From positions 13,773-77,772 of the forward strand of contig JAQUTY010000004.1 of the NCBI GenBank assembly GCA_028694155.1: a DNA stretch of 64,000 nt. Direction: 5' to 3'. Position numbers and translations under genes: made by a program. Positions 45,535 through 56,098 of the stretch are shown here, in pieces; position 1 is the stretch's first letter; every line of letters begins with the position of its first letter. Below the pieces are notes generated by a model. That model did no database searches, had not been told where the DNA came from, and saw only the letters and a program-made list of their open reading frames with translations. This DNA comes from Eubacteriales bacterium (GTDB lineage: Bacteria > Bacillota > Clostridia > Christensenellales > CAG-138).

Positions 45535-47008
45535 TTTCTTCCTTCTTTTTCGTTGTTTTTTTGGGAATGGTTATTCCCAAAGTATTGGTGTATAGCTTGA
45601 CATATGCCTTTGCGGACGCCTTCCAGCTAAAGTCGCAGCTCATCGCACGCTTTTGCAGACGCTTCCACATGACCTTGTCATCGTAGTAGTACCTAACGGC
45701 CTGCTCGATGGTGTAAAGCATCTCGTGAGCGTTATAGTTGGTGAAGCTAAAGCCGTTGCCTGTGTCGCTGTACATATTGTATGGAATTATGCTGTCTTTC
45801 AATCCGCCTGTTTCACGCACAATGGGGATAGTGCCGTAGCGCAAAGCTATCAACTGCGAAAGACCGCATGGCTCAAATTGGGACGGCATGAGGAACATAT
45901 CCGCACCTGCATAAATTCTGTGCGCCAAAGCCTCGTTAAGCTCGATTCTCGTGGCAATCCTGCCGCCGTAGCGTGCCTGTGCGTCACAAAGAAGCTGCTC
46001 ATAATGCGCATCGCCCTTGCCCAAGAACAGAAGCTGAACGTCCATACGCATTATGTCATCCAAAACTCGCTCAATGAGATCAAGCCCCTTTTGCGAAGTG
46101 AGCCGTGAAATCAAGGCAATAAGCGGAACTCCGTCACGCACCTGAAGACCACATTCCTCTTGGAGCTGCTTTTTGAGTATCTGCTTGTTTGCAGGAGCCG
46201 TCTTTGAAAAATGAGGCTCGATAAATCTGTCGTCTGAGGGGTTATAGACAGTCACGTCAATACCGTTGAGAATGCCCGAAAGTATGCTCTGCCGATGTCT
46301 TAAAAGACCGTCAAGATGCTCGCCAAAATATTCAGTGCGAATTTCCTCGGCATAGTTTGGACTGACGGTGGTGACACGGTCGGAGTATACAATTCCGCCC
46401 TTCATAAACGACATCAATCCGTAGAACTCAAGATTATCGGGGGAGAAATAGCCGCTGTTCAGCCCCAGCACACGGTTCATGCGCTCAAAGCTGAATAGAC
46501 CCTGATATCTGAGGTTGTGAATGGTGAACACGGTGCGCACAGCCCGATAACGTTCGTCTATGCCATACTGCGCACGCAGCAGACAGGGTATAAGACCTGT
46601 TTGCCAATCGTTGCAATGCAGCACATCGGGGAAGAAGTCGATTCTTGGCAACGCCTCTAAAACCGCACGGCAGAAGAAAGCATAGCGAAAGCCCTCCTGC
46701 TCATCGCCTGTGTAGACCTGTTCACCGCCAAACATCGCCAGATTATCCACAAAGTAGTAGCGCACGCCATTATCCTCAAGCGTGTCTATACCGCAGAAAA
46801 CCTGCTGTGAACCCATGAGTATGTTGAAATGACACACATGCTCCATGCGATTGACCCAATATTGGTCAATGATGCGGTATTTGGGCAAAATGACCCTTGC
46901 ATCAACGTTTTCCTTGTGCAATGCAATGGGCAGAGAACCCAACACATCGGCAAGCCCTCCCGTTTTGACAAAGGGGACACATTCGCTGGCGACAAATAAG
47001 ACTTTCAT
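45527..47008 (-). CDS. glgA: Glycogen synthase
   Basis: MKVLFVASECVPFVKTGGLADVLGSLP and C-terminal FLMPSQFEPCGLSQLIALRYG motifs. Confidence 0.93.
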   Translation of the reverse strand: MKVLFVASECVPFVKTGGLADVLGSLPIALHKENVDARVILPKYRIIDQYWVNRMEHVCHFNILMGSQQVFCGIDTLEDNGVRYYFVDNLAMFGGEQVYTGDEQEGFRYAFFCRAVLEALPRIDFFPDVLHCNDWQTGLIPCLLRAQYGIDERYRAVRTVFTIHNLRYQGLFSFERMNRVLGLNSGYFSPDNLEFYGLMSFMKGGIVYSDRVTTVSPNYAEEIRTEYFGEHLDGLLRHRQSILSGILNGIDVTVYNPSDDRFIEPHFSKTAPANKQILKKQLQEECGLQVRDGVPLIALISRLTSQKGLDLIERVLDDIMRMDVQLLFLGKGDAHYEQLLCDAQARYGGRIATRIELNEALAHRIYAGADMFLMPSQFEPCGLSQLIALRYGTIPIVRETGGLKDSIIPYNMYSDTGNGFSFTNYNAHEMLYTIEQAVRYYYDDKVMWKRLQKRAMSCDFSWKASAKAYVKLYTNTLGITIPKKTTKKKEENG

Positions 47009-47023
47009 AGGGACCCTCCTTCT

Positions 47024-48148
47024 CTATACCGTCTGATTTTTCCTAAGCACTATGGGGAAGTTATCATATCCGATGAGACTGCGACCTGTTCTGATGGTGA
47101 CCCCCTTATCCAAAATAACATGGTCAAGCGTGGCGTCCTGCCCAATGTGCGAGCCTTGCATCACAATGCAATTTTTGACTACCGCACCCTTTTCAACGGT
47201 CACGCCACGGAAGAGAACGGAGTTTTCAATCGCACCCTCAATGTTGCAGCCGTCAGCCAACACGCTGTTGTGAACATCGGCGTCAGGGCCGTACTTTGCA
47301 GAAACCTCATCTTTGACCTTTGTGTAGATGGGGTGCTCCATGTTGTACAAATCTCCGGCAGGTTCACGATCCAGCAGCTGCATACTGGTCTTAAAATAGG
47401 TGTTCACCGAATCCAGCCTTGCAACAAAGCCATTGTATCTGTATCCATATACCTTGAGCGTGTTGTACCGTTTCAAAAGAACGTCACGCACGAAGTCATA
47501 CTGCCCACGGGCGTATGCCTCTTCTACCAGGTATTCAAGCAGAGCCTTTTTCATAATGAGAACATCGCAGCTTCTAAACGAGGTGCGTGGGCGATAGGGG
47601 TCAAGCTCCATATCCGTCACACGCCCCTCATCGTTGAACGTGAGGCGCAAATCCTTGTTCTGATCCTCAATATCAAAGGACGGATCTTCATTATACATGA
47701 TGGTGATGTCGGCTTCCGTGTCAATGTGCTGCTGCATCATCTCATCGAAGGTCATGCTAAAGATGGTGTGACTGCCCGAAAGAATGACATACTTCTCGGA
47801 ACAGCGGCGCACATAGCCCAAGCAGGAGCGAAACGCATCAATCGAGCCACGATACACGCCTGTGTTGTCCTTTGTCATAAACGGGGGAAGAATGAACAGA
47901 CCGTCACGCTTGCGATTGAGATTCCATTCCTTTCCGCTGCCAAGATGGTCCATCAGCGAGTGATAATTCTTCTGCATTATCATGCCCACCGAGGTCACGC
48001 CTGAATTGACGAGGTTTGATAGAATAAAATCAATGCAGCGGTTACGACCGCCAAATGGGACGGCAGCAACTGAACGTGACAGGGTGAGATCCTTTAAGCG
48101 TGGGTTGTTTTCGCCTGTATAGACCAAGCCGAATGCGTTGTTAATCAT
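47024..48148 (-). CDS. glgD: Glucose-1-phosphate adenylyltransferase regulatory subunit GlgD
   Basis: GlgC-like fold lacking the catalytic GGxGxRL motif (LSRSVAAVPFGGRNRCIDFILSNLVNSG). Position after glgC is typical of Firmicutes. Confidence 0.85.
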   Translation of the reverse strand: MINNAFGLVYTGENNPRLKDLTLSRSVAAVPFGGRNRCIDFILSNLVNSGVTSVGMIMQKNYHSLMDHLGSGKEWNLNRKRDGLFILPPFMTKDNTGVYRGSIDAFRSCLGYVRRCSEKYVILSGSHTIFSMTFDEMMQQHIDTEADITIMYNEDPSFDIEDQNKDLRLTFNDEGRVTDMELDPYRPRTSFRSCDVLIMKKALLEYLVEEAYARGQYDFVRDVLLKRYNTLKVYGYRYNGFVARLDSVNTYFKTSMQLLDREPAGDLYNMEHPIYTKVKDEVSAKYGPDADVHNSVLADGCNIEGAIENSVLFRGVTVEKGAVVKNCIVMQGSHIGQDATLDHVILDKGVTIRTGRSLIGYDNFPIVLRKNQTV

Positions 48149-49383
48149 TATCTGACCGCCTCCTTCAAATGATATTCCAAGGTGTCCTGATTGACCACAG
48201 CACCCTGAGGAACGTAGGTGTTATCAGGGAGAGTTATATCGTTGCCAACCAGCGTAATATCGCCCGTGAGCTTGTTATCTATTATTCCATCGCCCAAATT
48301 CGGGCCTCCCAGCTGGCAATTTGCACCGATGTGGACATTCTCGCCCACAATCGCCTTTTTGATGATGCAGCCCTTGCTGATAACCGAGCGTGGGAAAACG
48401 ATAGAGTCCTCCACAACTGCGCCCTCCTCAACCGTTGCGCCACAAAACAGTACGGAATGTTTGACCGTGCCACGCACCACACAGCCCTCGGTGACAAGAC
48501 TGTTTTTGATTACAGCGTTCTTGTCCACATAATGCGGAGGCATGATGGGGTTTTTCGTATAGATGCGCCATTGGGGGTCGTTAAGGTCGAGCACGGGCGG
48601 ATAGCCCAGCAAATCCATGTTCGCTTCCCACAGGCTTGACAGGGTTCCAACATCCTTCCAGTAGCCCTCAAATGGGAATGCGACCATCGTCTCGCCTGCT
48701 TGAAGCATGGCAGGAATGATGTTTTTGCCAAAGTCGTTTTCGGATTTGGGGTCTGCGTCATCACGAGCCATATATTCCTTGAGCAGCTTCCAGTTAAAGA
48801 TGTAAATGCCCATAGAAGCGTTGTTGCTCTTGGGATTGGCGGGCTTTTCCTCAAAAGAAACAATGCGGTCGTATTCATCGGTGTTCATTATGCCAAAGCG
48901 ATGCGCCTCCTCCATGGGTACGGAGATAACCGCAATGGTTGCCGCCGCATTTTTCTTGATGTGCTGACGCAGCATGGCGGCGTAGTCCATCTTGTAGATG
49001 TGGTCGCCTGACAGAATCAAAACATATTCGGGGTCATACTGGTCGACAAAACCGCAGTTCTGCCAAATGGCGTTTGCCGTTCCGCTGTACCACTGTCCGA
49101 CCGCCTCGGTCATGTAGGGGGGCAGGACGAACACACCGCCACCGTTTCGGTCAAGATCCCAATGCTGACCAGTGCCGAGATAGGAGTTGAGAGCCAAGGG
49201 TCTGTACTGCGTCAAAACACCAACGGTATCAATGTCGGAGTTGACACAGTTTGACAGAGGAAAGTCGATGATGCGATACTTCCCACCAAAGGGAACTGCA
49301 GGCTTTGCCATGTTGGAGGTCAAGATCCCCAGACGGCTGCCCTGTCCGCCAGCAAGCAGCATGGCTACAATTTTTTTCTTCAT
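48148..49383 (-). CDS. glgC: Glucose-1-phosphate adenylyltransferase
   Basis: [42 protein letters not shown] plus a left-handed beta-helix C-terminus. Confidence 0.93.
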   Translation of the reverse strand: MKKKIVAMLLAGGQGSRLGILTSNMAKPAVPFGGKYRIIDFPLSNCVNSDIDTVGVLTQYRPLALNSYLGTGQHWDLDRNGGGVFVLPPYMTEAVGQWYSGTANAIWQNCGFVDQYDPEYVLILSGDHIYKMDYAAMLRQHIKKNAAATIAVISVPMEEAHRFGIMNTDEYDRIVSFEEKPANPKSNNASMGIYIFNWKLLKEYMARDDADPKSENDFGKNIIPAMLQAGETMVAFPFEGYWKDVGTLSSLWEANMDLLGYPPVLDLNDPQWRIYTKNPIMPPHYVDKNAVIKNSLVTEGCVVRGTVKHSVLFCGATVEEGAVVEDSIVFPRSVISKGCIIKKAIVGENVHIGANCQLGGPNLGDGIIDNKLTGDITLVGNDITLPDNTYVPQGAVVNQDTLEYHLKEAVR

Positions 49384-51254
49384 TTGGTGCGTCCTTTCTC
49401 GGTAAATTTTAACATGCAGGCTCCGTAGGGTGCCAGCTTTATATGTATGCGGTGAGCGAACTTACCCCACTCCTCGCTCACTGTGGCAATCTGATCGTTG
49501 GCATACTGTCCCGTTCCACCGTAGCAGTACGGATCAGTGGAGAATATCTCGGTGTACACGCCCTCCTTTTGGCTGCCCATGCAATAGTCGTCCCACGGAA
49601 CAGGCGTGAAGTTGAAAGCGCAAAGAATGATGTTGCCCTTGTTGTCTTGCCGTGTGAAGGAGGCGATGGAATGAATCGAATCGTCCACCGCAACCCATTG
49701 GAAGCCGTTCCAATCGTTGTCATTTTCGTAGAGCGCAGGCGTTTCCTTATAAAGATGGTTCAATGCCTTGACAAAACGCTGCATCTCAACGTGCTTGGGA
49801 TAATCAAGCAATAGCCAATCCAGCGACTCATCGAAACGCCACTCGATAAATTGACCGAACTCCATGCCCATGAAGGTCAGCTTTTTTCCGGGGTGCGCCA
49901 TCTGGTAGAGATAGAGAGTACGAAGCTGCGCAAATTTCTGCCAGTAATCTCCGGGCATTTTGTTAAGCATACTCAGCTTGCCGTGTACGACCTCATCGTG
50001 CGAGAAGGGCAGAATGTAGCGTTCGGAAAATGCGTACATCAGCGAGAAGGTCAGCTTGTCATGGTTCCACTTGCGGAACAGACTGTCCATCTGCATGTAG
50101 GACAGCATATCGTTCATCCAGCCCATGTTCCACTTGAAGTCAAACCCAAGACTATTGTCGCCGTGCTTGTTGGTGACCATGGGGAAGGCGGTGCTTTCCT
50201 CAGCAATCAGCAGCTTTGCACCCTCGATGGTGCTCACGGCCACAGACAGCTTTTTGAACATTTCTATGGCGGCAAGGTTCTCCTTGCCACCCTCGGAGTT
50301 TGGCAGCCACTCGCCCTTTTGCCTGCCGTAATCCAAATAGAGCATACAGCTCACAGCGTCCACCCTAAGTCCGTCAATGTGGTATTCCTTGAGCCAGTAC
50401 ATTGCATTTGAAATTAGAAAGCTCTGAACCTGCGGCTTATCATAATCGAACAGCAGCGTGCCCCATTGCTTCATATCGCTTCGGCGTGGATCGGCGTGCT
50501 CATACAGTGCCGTCCCGTCAAAACGAGCAAGCCCGTAGCCGTCACGAGTGAAGTGCGCAGGAACCCAGTCCATAATTATGCCTATTCCACGCTTGTGAGC
50601 ACAGTCGATCAAATACTTTAGATCGTCGGGACTTCCGTAGCGTGCGGTCGCAGCATAGTAGCCGGTCACCTGATAGCCCCAGCTTGGATTAAAGGGGTGC
50701 GCCATGAGGGGCATAACCTCAATATGTGTGTAGCCCATGTCCTCAACATAATCAAGAAGTGAGCTTGCAAGCTCACGATAGCTTTGATTGGCACGCCACG
50801 AGCCAAGATGCACCTCATAGATATTCATTGGCGCATCGAATGGCTTCTTGTGATGCTTCAAATATTGCTTGTCCGACCAGCGAAACTTGTCGTGGGTGTA
50901 TATGCGTGAAGCAGTACCGTTCTGCTCGCAGGCGAACGCATAGGGATCCGCCTTATAGACGAGGTGATCCTCGGCATCAACAATGGCGAATTTATAGAGC
51001 TGTCCCTCCTTTGCGTCAAAGGAGAAGGCCTCCCAGACGCCAGAGTTTTGAACACGCTCCATCAAAAGGGCGGAGTCCGACCAGTCGTTGAACTCGCCCG
51101 AAACGCCCACACGCTTTGCATTGGGAGCCCAAAGCGCAAAGCGATAACACTTTTTGCCGTCAAGCTCATCGGGATGACAGCCCAAAGCATCATATGCGCA
51201 CCGCGTTGTCCCCTCGTTAAAATAATACAGTTCCAAGTCGGTCAAATGTGGCAT
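49380..51254 (-). CDS. glgB: 1,4-alpha-glucan branching enzyme
   Basis: GH13 branching-enzyme motifs ([32 protein letters not shown]). GGAGGG SD upstream. Confidence 0.93.
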   Translation of the reverse strand: MPHLTDLELYYFNEGTTRCAYDALGCHPDELDGKKCYRFALWAPNAKRVGVSGEFNDWSDSALLMERVQNSGVWEAFSFDAKEGQLYKFAIVDAEDHLVYKADPYAFACEQNGTASRIYTHDKFRWSDKQYLKHHKKPFDAPMNIYEVHLGSWRANQSYRELASSLLDYVEDMGYTHIEVMPLMAHPFNPSWGYQVTGYYAATARYGSPDDLKYLIDCAHKRGIGIIMDWVPAHFTRDGYGLARFDGTALYEHADPRRSDMKQWGTLLFDYDKPQVQSFLISNAMYWLKEYHIDGLRVDAVSCMLYLDYGRQKGEWLPNSEGGKENLAAIEMFKKLSVAVSTIEGAKLLIAEESTAFPMVTNKHGDNSLGFDFKWNMGWMNDMLSYMQMDSLFRKWNHDKLTFSLMYAFSERYILPFSHDEVVHGKLSMLNKMPGDYWQKFAQLRTLYLYQMAHPGKKLTFMGMEFGQFIEWRFDESLDWLLLDYPKHVEMQRFVKALNHLYKETPALYENDNDWNGFQWVAVDDSIHSIASFTRQDNKGNIILCAFNFTPVPWDDYCMGSQKEGVYTEIFSTDPYCYGGTGQYANDQIATVSEEWGKFAHRIHIKLAPYGACMLKFTEKGRTK

Positions 51255-51302
51255 AATTACCCTCCAATACTAGGGGAGATTGAAAAACAATCTTCCACTC
51301 AA

Positions 51303-51331
51303 ATCATACCACGATTTACCTACAAGTGCAA
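51303..51331 (-). promoter_or_regulatory. Putative sigma-A promoter of the glg-pfkA operon
   Basis: Minus strand reads TTGCAC (51331-51326), 17 nt, TGgTATGAT (-10 at 51308-51303). Confidence 0.5.
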
Positions 51332-51403
51332 GGGTACAAAAACTTCTGTTGTAAACATTTCTTTGCAGGGTCATTTCCTCCAAATCCATGGAGTGCGAGC
51401 CTG

Positions 51404-53272
51404 CTATCCCAGCTTAATGCCGAAAATATTTGCCTGTCCAAGCGAGCCGTCCGCAAGCCTGCCTGTGGTTCCCAATACGATGAAATTGTTGAATGCGGCA
51501 GGTGTGGATTCTATACCCGAACCAAGATCGAGCGTCCGCCCCAGTGCAACGCCGCACGTTGAGGAGCTTATATCAAAGAGCTTGACCTGACCCGTCCGTT
51601 CGCAGGCAACCATGAACGCATTTCCATCGGAATTATAAAGCACCAGAGGCGAGGCGGCAAACCCTGCGCTGTCACGTTGATCGAGCCGCCAAACTATTTC
51701 ACCTGTATCACAGTTGAGAGCCAGAATTGTACCGCCCTGACTGTATCCTTTGAGGCTGCCGCTATCATCATAATCGGGAATGCCGCTGCGATAGAATGAG
51801 CAGATGAGCAGGTTGGCTATCTCACCGTGACCGATATGGGGAGTTCCCTTTGCGCCGCTTTTGAGACTCGTGTCGCCCACGCCCACCAAACAGGGCTGCT
51901 CACGAACCCAAACGACCGAGCCTGTAAGCCCGTTAATCTTTCGCACAATGGAGTAGCCCCAACTGTTTGTGTCGCCCTCAAAGGCAATATCGCCGCTTTT
52001 TGTGGTGGTCTGATTGACGGTGTAGAGGTAAATCGTTCCATCGTTGCCGTCCTCCTCGATAACCACGGTTGCATCGGTGTCTCCGCCAAGGTCGAGCGCA
52101 AACTGCAATTTGAGTGTGTTTACATCAATACATTGCAGATAGCCGCCGTTGTCTGCGATATACAGATAATTCCTAAATGCGCTCACCGAGCCTTGAAAGC
52201 CATACCAGCGTGAGCCAACATTGTCTGTTGCCGAGTATCCCGATGCGGTGTAGCGATACTTAATTCTGTCGCCGGGGTTGATGGTGATGGTGTTTGCCGT
52301 GGCATCAAAGCTCGTGTTCAGCTTGATAAAGTAGATGACGCCCGCTTCGCCGGGGAGTATCAGCGTATCGTCCGAAATCAAGGGCGAGCTTGAAAATGCC
52401 GTCCAATTATCACGGTATGCAAAATAGTCCTTACCGATAAATTCGTGTACGCTCTTGTTCTGTATCAAATCCACGGCATATACCATTGCGGTATAGTTGC
52501 CCCTTTCGTTTTTGACGGGAACGCCCTGCCCCACATACAAAATGGGATAGCCGTTGGGGTCGAGCGTGGGAGTGCCAAGCAGGCTTACGCCAAGGTTGAT
52601 GGGATTGCGTGTTGCTGCGCCGCTTTCAAGCTCAAAAAAGTAGATATTGCCGTCCGCACAGGGATAGATGACCTCGGTGAAGCCCTCCATGGTTTTATAC
52701 AAATCGGATATGCCCAAGGTCTTTTTTACCTCATCGTCCCATTGAACAATGAGGGGTTGACCGTTGACGCCATAGGTTTGGTCAATGCCGCCGACCGGCT
52801 TGACCCACTTTTGCGCAAGCTCCTGCATGGTGACGGTCACAGTGCCGTAGGCAAAGCTGTTGCGATAGTTGTTAGAACCGAAGGTTATAAGCCCCTTCAC
52901 ATTGGTATAGCTGTCGGGCGAACCAAAGGATATTGACGAGGAGTTGGGATTGGACGATAGCTCCTTGCTCTCATTATTTCTGCGTATCTCATAGCTGACG
53001 CCGTTGTTGCTGCCCGAAACGGTATAGGTCGAGGTAGAGGACAGGGGCGGCGGCGTGGAGGCAATCGGGTTTTCGGTGGGGGAGGCAAGGGGGTTGACGG
53101 TTGCAAGCGGGTCGGCGGTCGAGGGCGCAGCAAGAGAGGATTCATTCTCGCAGCTTGTAATCTTATTGCTGATTGCAATGACCATCACAACGATGCCTGC
53201 AATGAGCAGCAGCGTTGCAATCAAAAAGAGAAAGAATTTCGGTTGAAACATTCGTCTGCGTCTTCGTGCCAT
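51404..53272 (-). CDS. Membrane-anchored extracellular beta-propeller (PQQ-like/BamB-like repeat) protein, paralog A
   Basis: GGAGG SD. MARRRRRMFQPK followed by a TM anchor, Ser/Pro/Thr linker, then about 480 aa of repetitive beta-strand sequence. Clear paralogy with the gene at 62482. The family call is from general resemblance only. Confidence 0.5.
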   Translation of the reverse strand: MARRRRRMFQPKFFLFLIATLLLIAGIVVMVIAISNKITSCENESSLAAPSTADPLATVNPLASPTENPIASTPPPLSSTSTYTVSGSNNGVSYEIRRNNESKELSSNPNSSSISFGSPDSYTNVKGLITFGSNNYRNSFAYGTVTVTMQELAQKWVKPVGGIDQTYGVNGQPLIVQWDDEVKKTLGISDLYKTMEGFTEVIYPCADGNIYFFELESGAATRNPINLGVSLLGTPTLDPNGYPILYVGQGVPVKNERGNYTAMVYAVDLIQNKSVHEFIGKDYFAYRDNWTAFSSSPLISDDTLILPGEAGVIYFIKLNTSFDATANTITINPGDRIKYRYTASGYSATDNVGSRWYGFQGSVSAFRNYLYIADNGGYLQCIDVNTLKLQFALDLGGDTDATVVIEEDGNDGTIYLYTVNQTTTKSGDIAFEGDTNSWGYSIVRKINGLTGSVVWVREQPCLVGVGDTSLKSGAKGTPHIGHGEIANLLICSFYRSGIPDYDDSGSLKGYSQGGTILALNCDTGEIVWRLDQRDSAGFAASPLVLYNSDGNAFMVACERTGQVKLFDISSSTCGVALGRTLDLGSGIESTPAAFNNFIVLGTTGRLADGSLGQANIFGIKLG

Positions 53273-53357
53273 AATCGACCTCCTGCAAATATTATAGCGT
53301 AAAAGCAGGAGAAATGCAAGACTGCTTCAATCTAGGGAACGGCGACACAAAACCAGA

Positions 53358-54500
53358 TTAAATTTGCTCAATAGCACCAAGGGCAGCGTCAATGTCAGCC
53401 TCCGTGGTAAATGCGCCTATGGAAAAGCGAACCAGTCCACGAGGGAACGAGCCTAGGGTCTTGTGTGCCAAGGGTGCGCAGTGCAGTCCGCAGCGTGTCA
53501 TGATTCCCTTCTGCTCAAGCCTTGACGCCGCAAGCGCATTATCGGTGCCGATAAAGTCCAGAGCAATCACGCCCACCCTGTCAATTAAGTTTGGGATTCC
53601 GTACAGTTTCACGTTTCTAAGCGAAGCAACGCCCGATAAAAAGCGAGCTGTAAGCAGCCGTTCACGCTCAAATAGTGCGTCCACACCAACGGAATGAATG
53701 TAGCCAAGAGCGGCGGAGAAGCCGTATATTCCCGGCATATTGAGCGTACCCGATTCCAGCTTGTCGGGCATTAGCCAAGGCTGGTGCTCATCGTCCGACC
53801 TGCTTCCCGTACCGCCGGTAATGAGAGGTCTTATTGCATCGGCAAGCCGCCTTGACAGCAGCAGCGCGCCTATTCCGCTTGGGCCCATCAGCCCCTTGTG
53901 CGCAGGCAGAACGAGTGCATCAAGGTTCCATTTTGCAAAATCAATATTTACATGACCTGCGGTTTGCGCTCCGTCAAGCACATATAATAGGTTATGCTCC
54001 TTGCACACCTGTCCCACGGCGGCAGCGTTTTGAAGCGTACCGCACACGTTTGAGGCATGGCAAAGAACGAGCATTTTTGTGTTGGGCTTAATGAGCTGGG
54101 GTATCTTATTTGGGTCGAGCCTTCCTTGGCTGTCGCAGGGAATGTGGTCAAAGCTCACCCCACGACATTCAAGCTCATGAAGCGGACGCATCACGGCATT
54201 GTGCTCCATGGAGCTTACAAGAACGTGGTCGCCTTCGTTCAGCGAACCAATAAGAACGGTGTTCATGCCCATTGTTGCGCCTGCGTTGATTACAACGTTT
54301 TTAATCTCATCGTGGTTGAACAGCTCGCAAAGCTGTTCACGCAGGGTCAGAGCAGCATTCTCAACCTCAAAAACCGAGCCGTAATCGCCCCTGTGAAGGC
54401 TTGCACCGTTGTTGGTCATGTAGTCCACCATAGCCTCAGCAACGCACTTAGGCTTTGGAAAACTCGTGGCAGCATTGTCCAAATAAATTTTTTTCGACAA
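53358..54500 (-). CDS. Class-V aminotransferase-fold cysteine desulfurase / selenocysteine lyase-like enzyme
   Basis: IYLDNAATSFPKP start, PLP-lysine region LVLPAHKGLMGPSG, active-site Cys loop TRCGLHCAP. Confidence 0.75.
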   Translation of the reverse strand: MSKKIYLDNAATSFPKPKCVAEAMVDYMTNNGASLHRGDYGSVFEVENAALTLREQLCELFNHDEIKNVVINAGATMGMNTVLIGSLNEGDHVLVSSMEHNAVMRPLHELECRGVSFDHIPCDSQGRLDPNKIPQLIKPNTKMLVLCHASNVCGTLQNAAAVGQVCKEHNLLYVLDGAQTAGHVNIDFAKWNLDALVLPAHKGLMGPSGIGALLLSRRLADAIRPLITGGTGSRSDDEHQPWLMPDKLESGTLNMPGIYGFSAALGYIHSVGVDALFERERLLTARFLSGVASLRNVKLYGIPNLIDRVGVIALDFIGTDNALAASRLEQKGIMTRCGLHCAPLAHKTLGSFPRGLVRFSIGAFTTEADIDAALGAIEQI

Positions 54501-54516
54501 AATTCGTTATCCTCAC

Positions 54517-54545
54517 TTGCATATAACGCTTGTTTGTGTTAGTAT
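54517..54545 (+). promoter_or_regulatory. Putative sigma-A promoter of yedE operon with overlapping palindrome
   Basis: TTGCAT (54517-54522), 17 nt, TGtTAGTAT (54537-54545). The palindrome GTGTTA-gta-TAACAC (54536-54550) covers the -10. Confidence 0.45.
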
Positions 54546-54579
54546 AACACAGGACACTTGAAATAACAAGGAGGAAAAC

Positions 54580-55650
54580 ATGAGGAACATTTTGAAAAAG
54601 TATTGGCTCGTCGTACTGACGGGACTATGCGTAGGTGCTGCGGCAGTCTTTCTGACTGCGGAGGGCAACCCTGCAAACATGGGCTTTTGCATAGCCTGCT
54701 TTATTCGTGACATCACCGGGGCGGTGGGATTCCACGGCGCAGGCGTGGTGCAGTATGTACGCCCCGAAATCATCGGATTGGTGCTCGGCGCATTTATCAT
54801 CTCTGTCATTCGCAGAGAGTGGAAGCCCACAGGCGGCTCATCGCCCATGACAAGATTTTTGCTCGGCATGATTGTAATGATTGGCGCACTCATTTTCTTG
54901 GGCTGTCCGCTTCGCATGGTCATTCGCATCGGCGGCGGCGACCTAAACGCCATCGTTGGTCTGTTGGGCTTCGTGGTCGGCATCTTAATCGGCGTTGTAC
55001 CACTCAAGCTGGGCTTTACATTGAAGCGTGCCTATAAGCAGAGTAAGGTTGAGGGACTGATTTTCCCCGCTTTGATGGTCATTTTGTTTGTTGTATCCAT
55101 CCTTGCACCTGCCCTGTTTAAGAGCAGCGTTGAAGGTCCCGGCTCGCAGCACGCAAATGTATACATTGCGCTTGTGGTTGCGCTCATCGTTGGTGCGCTT
55201 TGCCAGCAGAGCAGATTGTGCATGGCAGGCGGCGTGCGTGATGCCGTCATGTTCAAAGATTTTAAGCTCATTGCAGGCTTTATCGCCATCATCGTGGCAG
55301 TTCTTGTTGGCAACCTCATCGTCAAGGGAAGCCTTGCATTCTCGTTTGAGGGTCAACCCATTGCCCACACCGATGGCGTGTTCAACTTCTTGGGCATGGC
55401 ACTTGTAGGCTGGGGCTCGGTGCTGCTGGGCGGCTGTCCGCTTCGCCAGCTCATTTTGGCAGGCGAGGGCAACACCGATTCGGCAATCACCATCTGCGGC
55501 TTTGTGGCAGGTGCGGCAGTCGCTCACAACTTTGGCTTGGCGTCAAGCGGCGCAGGAATCGGCACAGGACCCGTGCTCATCGTTGTGATTGCATCGTTGG
55601 TAATATTGGCGTTGGTTTCCGTATTCAATATTGCAAAAGGAGAAAAATAA
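54580..55650 (+). CDS. yedE: YedE-family putative selenium/sulfur-compound transport membrane protein
   Basis: AAGGAGGAAAAC SD. Multi-TM protein with duplicated Cys-containing motifs (GNPANMGFCIACFIRD and LCQQSRLCMAGGVRD) typical of the YedE/YeeE family. Confidence 0.75.
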   Translation: MRNILKKYWLVVLTGLCVGAAAVFLTAEGNPANMGFCIACFIRDITGAVGFHGAGVVQYVRPEIIGLVLGAFIISVIRREWKPTGGSSPMTRFLLGMIVMIGALIFLGCPLRMVIRIGGGDLNAIVGLLGFVVGILIGVVPLKLGFTLKRAYKQSKVEGLIFPALMVILFVVSILAPALFKSSVEGPGSQHANVYIALVVALIVGALCQQSRLCMAGGVRDAVMFKDFKLIAGFIAIIVAVLVGNLIVKGSLAFSFEGQPIAHTDGVFNFLGMALVGWGSVLLGGCPLRQLILAGEGNTDSAITICGFVAGAAVAHNFGLASSGAGIGTGPVLIVVIASLVILALVSVFNIAKGEK

Positions 55651-55654
55651 GCAT

Positions 55655-55858
55655 ATGATAGACGCAAGAGGATTATCCTGTCCGCAGCCCGTGCTGCTGG
55701 TGCAACGCTTTGTAAAGGCAAACAAGCCTGAGCTTGTTGAGGTCGTGGTGGACCACGAGGCGGCAGTACAGAACATCACCCGCTATGCAAACAGTCAAGG
55801 CTATTGTGTTGATAAAGCGGCTGACGGTGACGATACTAAACTAACACTAAGGAAGTAA
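55655..55858 (+). CDS. yedF: YedF/TusA-like sulfurtransferase-fold protein
   Basis: 67 aa. MIDARGLSCPQPVLL carries the TusA-family CPxP active-site motif. Starts 4 nt after the yedE stop. Confidence 0.75.
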   Translation: MIDARGLSCPQPVLLVQRFVKANKPELVEVVVDHEAAVQNITRYANSQGYCVDKAADGDDTKLTLRK

Positions 55859-55859
55859 T

Positions 55860-56096
55860 TTGGACTATATCGCAACATTCTACACACATTTGAGTGCCAT
55901 GCGCACTCATAAGGAACTGAAAAAACGGGGTGCGGACGCAAGACTTGCGCCCGTGCCCCGAAAGCTGTCCTCGTCCTGCGGTACCTGCGTGTTTTACACG
56001 GCGGACGCACCGATGCTGGAATGTATGGACAGCGATTATGAGGCGGTATACGGCGCACAGGGCGAGAACTACACACGCCTAAGCTACAAGGAGTAA
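55860..56096 (+). CDS. DUF3343 (putative Se/S carrier-like) protein
   Basis: TTG start 1 nt after the yedF stop. 78 aa; LAPVPRKLSSSCGTCV matches the conserved P.P..(L/I)S..CG core of DUF3343. Confidence 0.6.
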   Translation: MDYIATFYTHLSAMRTHKELKKRGADARLAPVPRKLSSSCGTCVFYTADAPMLECMDSDYEAVYGAQGENYTRLSYKE

Positions 56097-56098
56097 CG

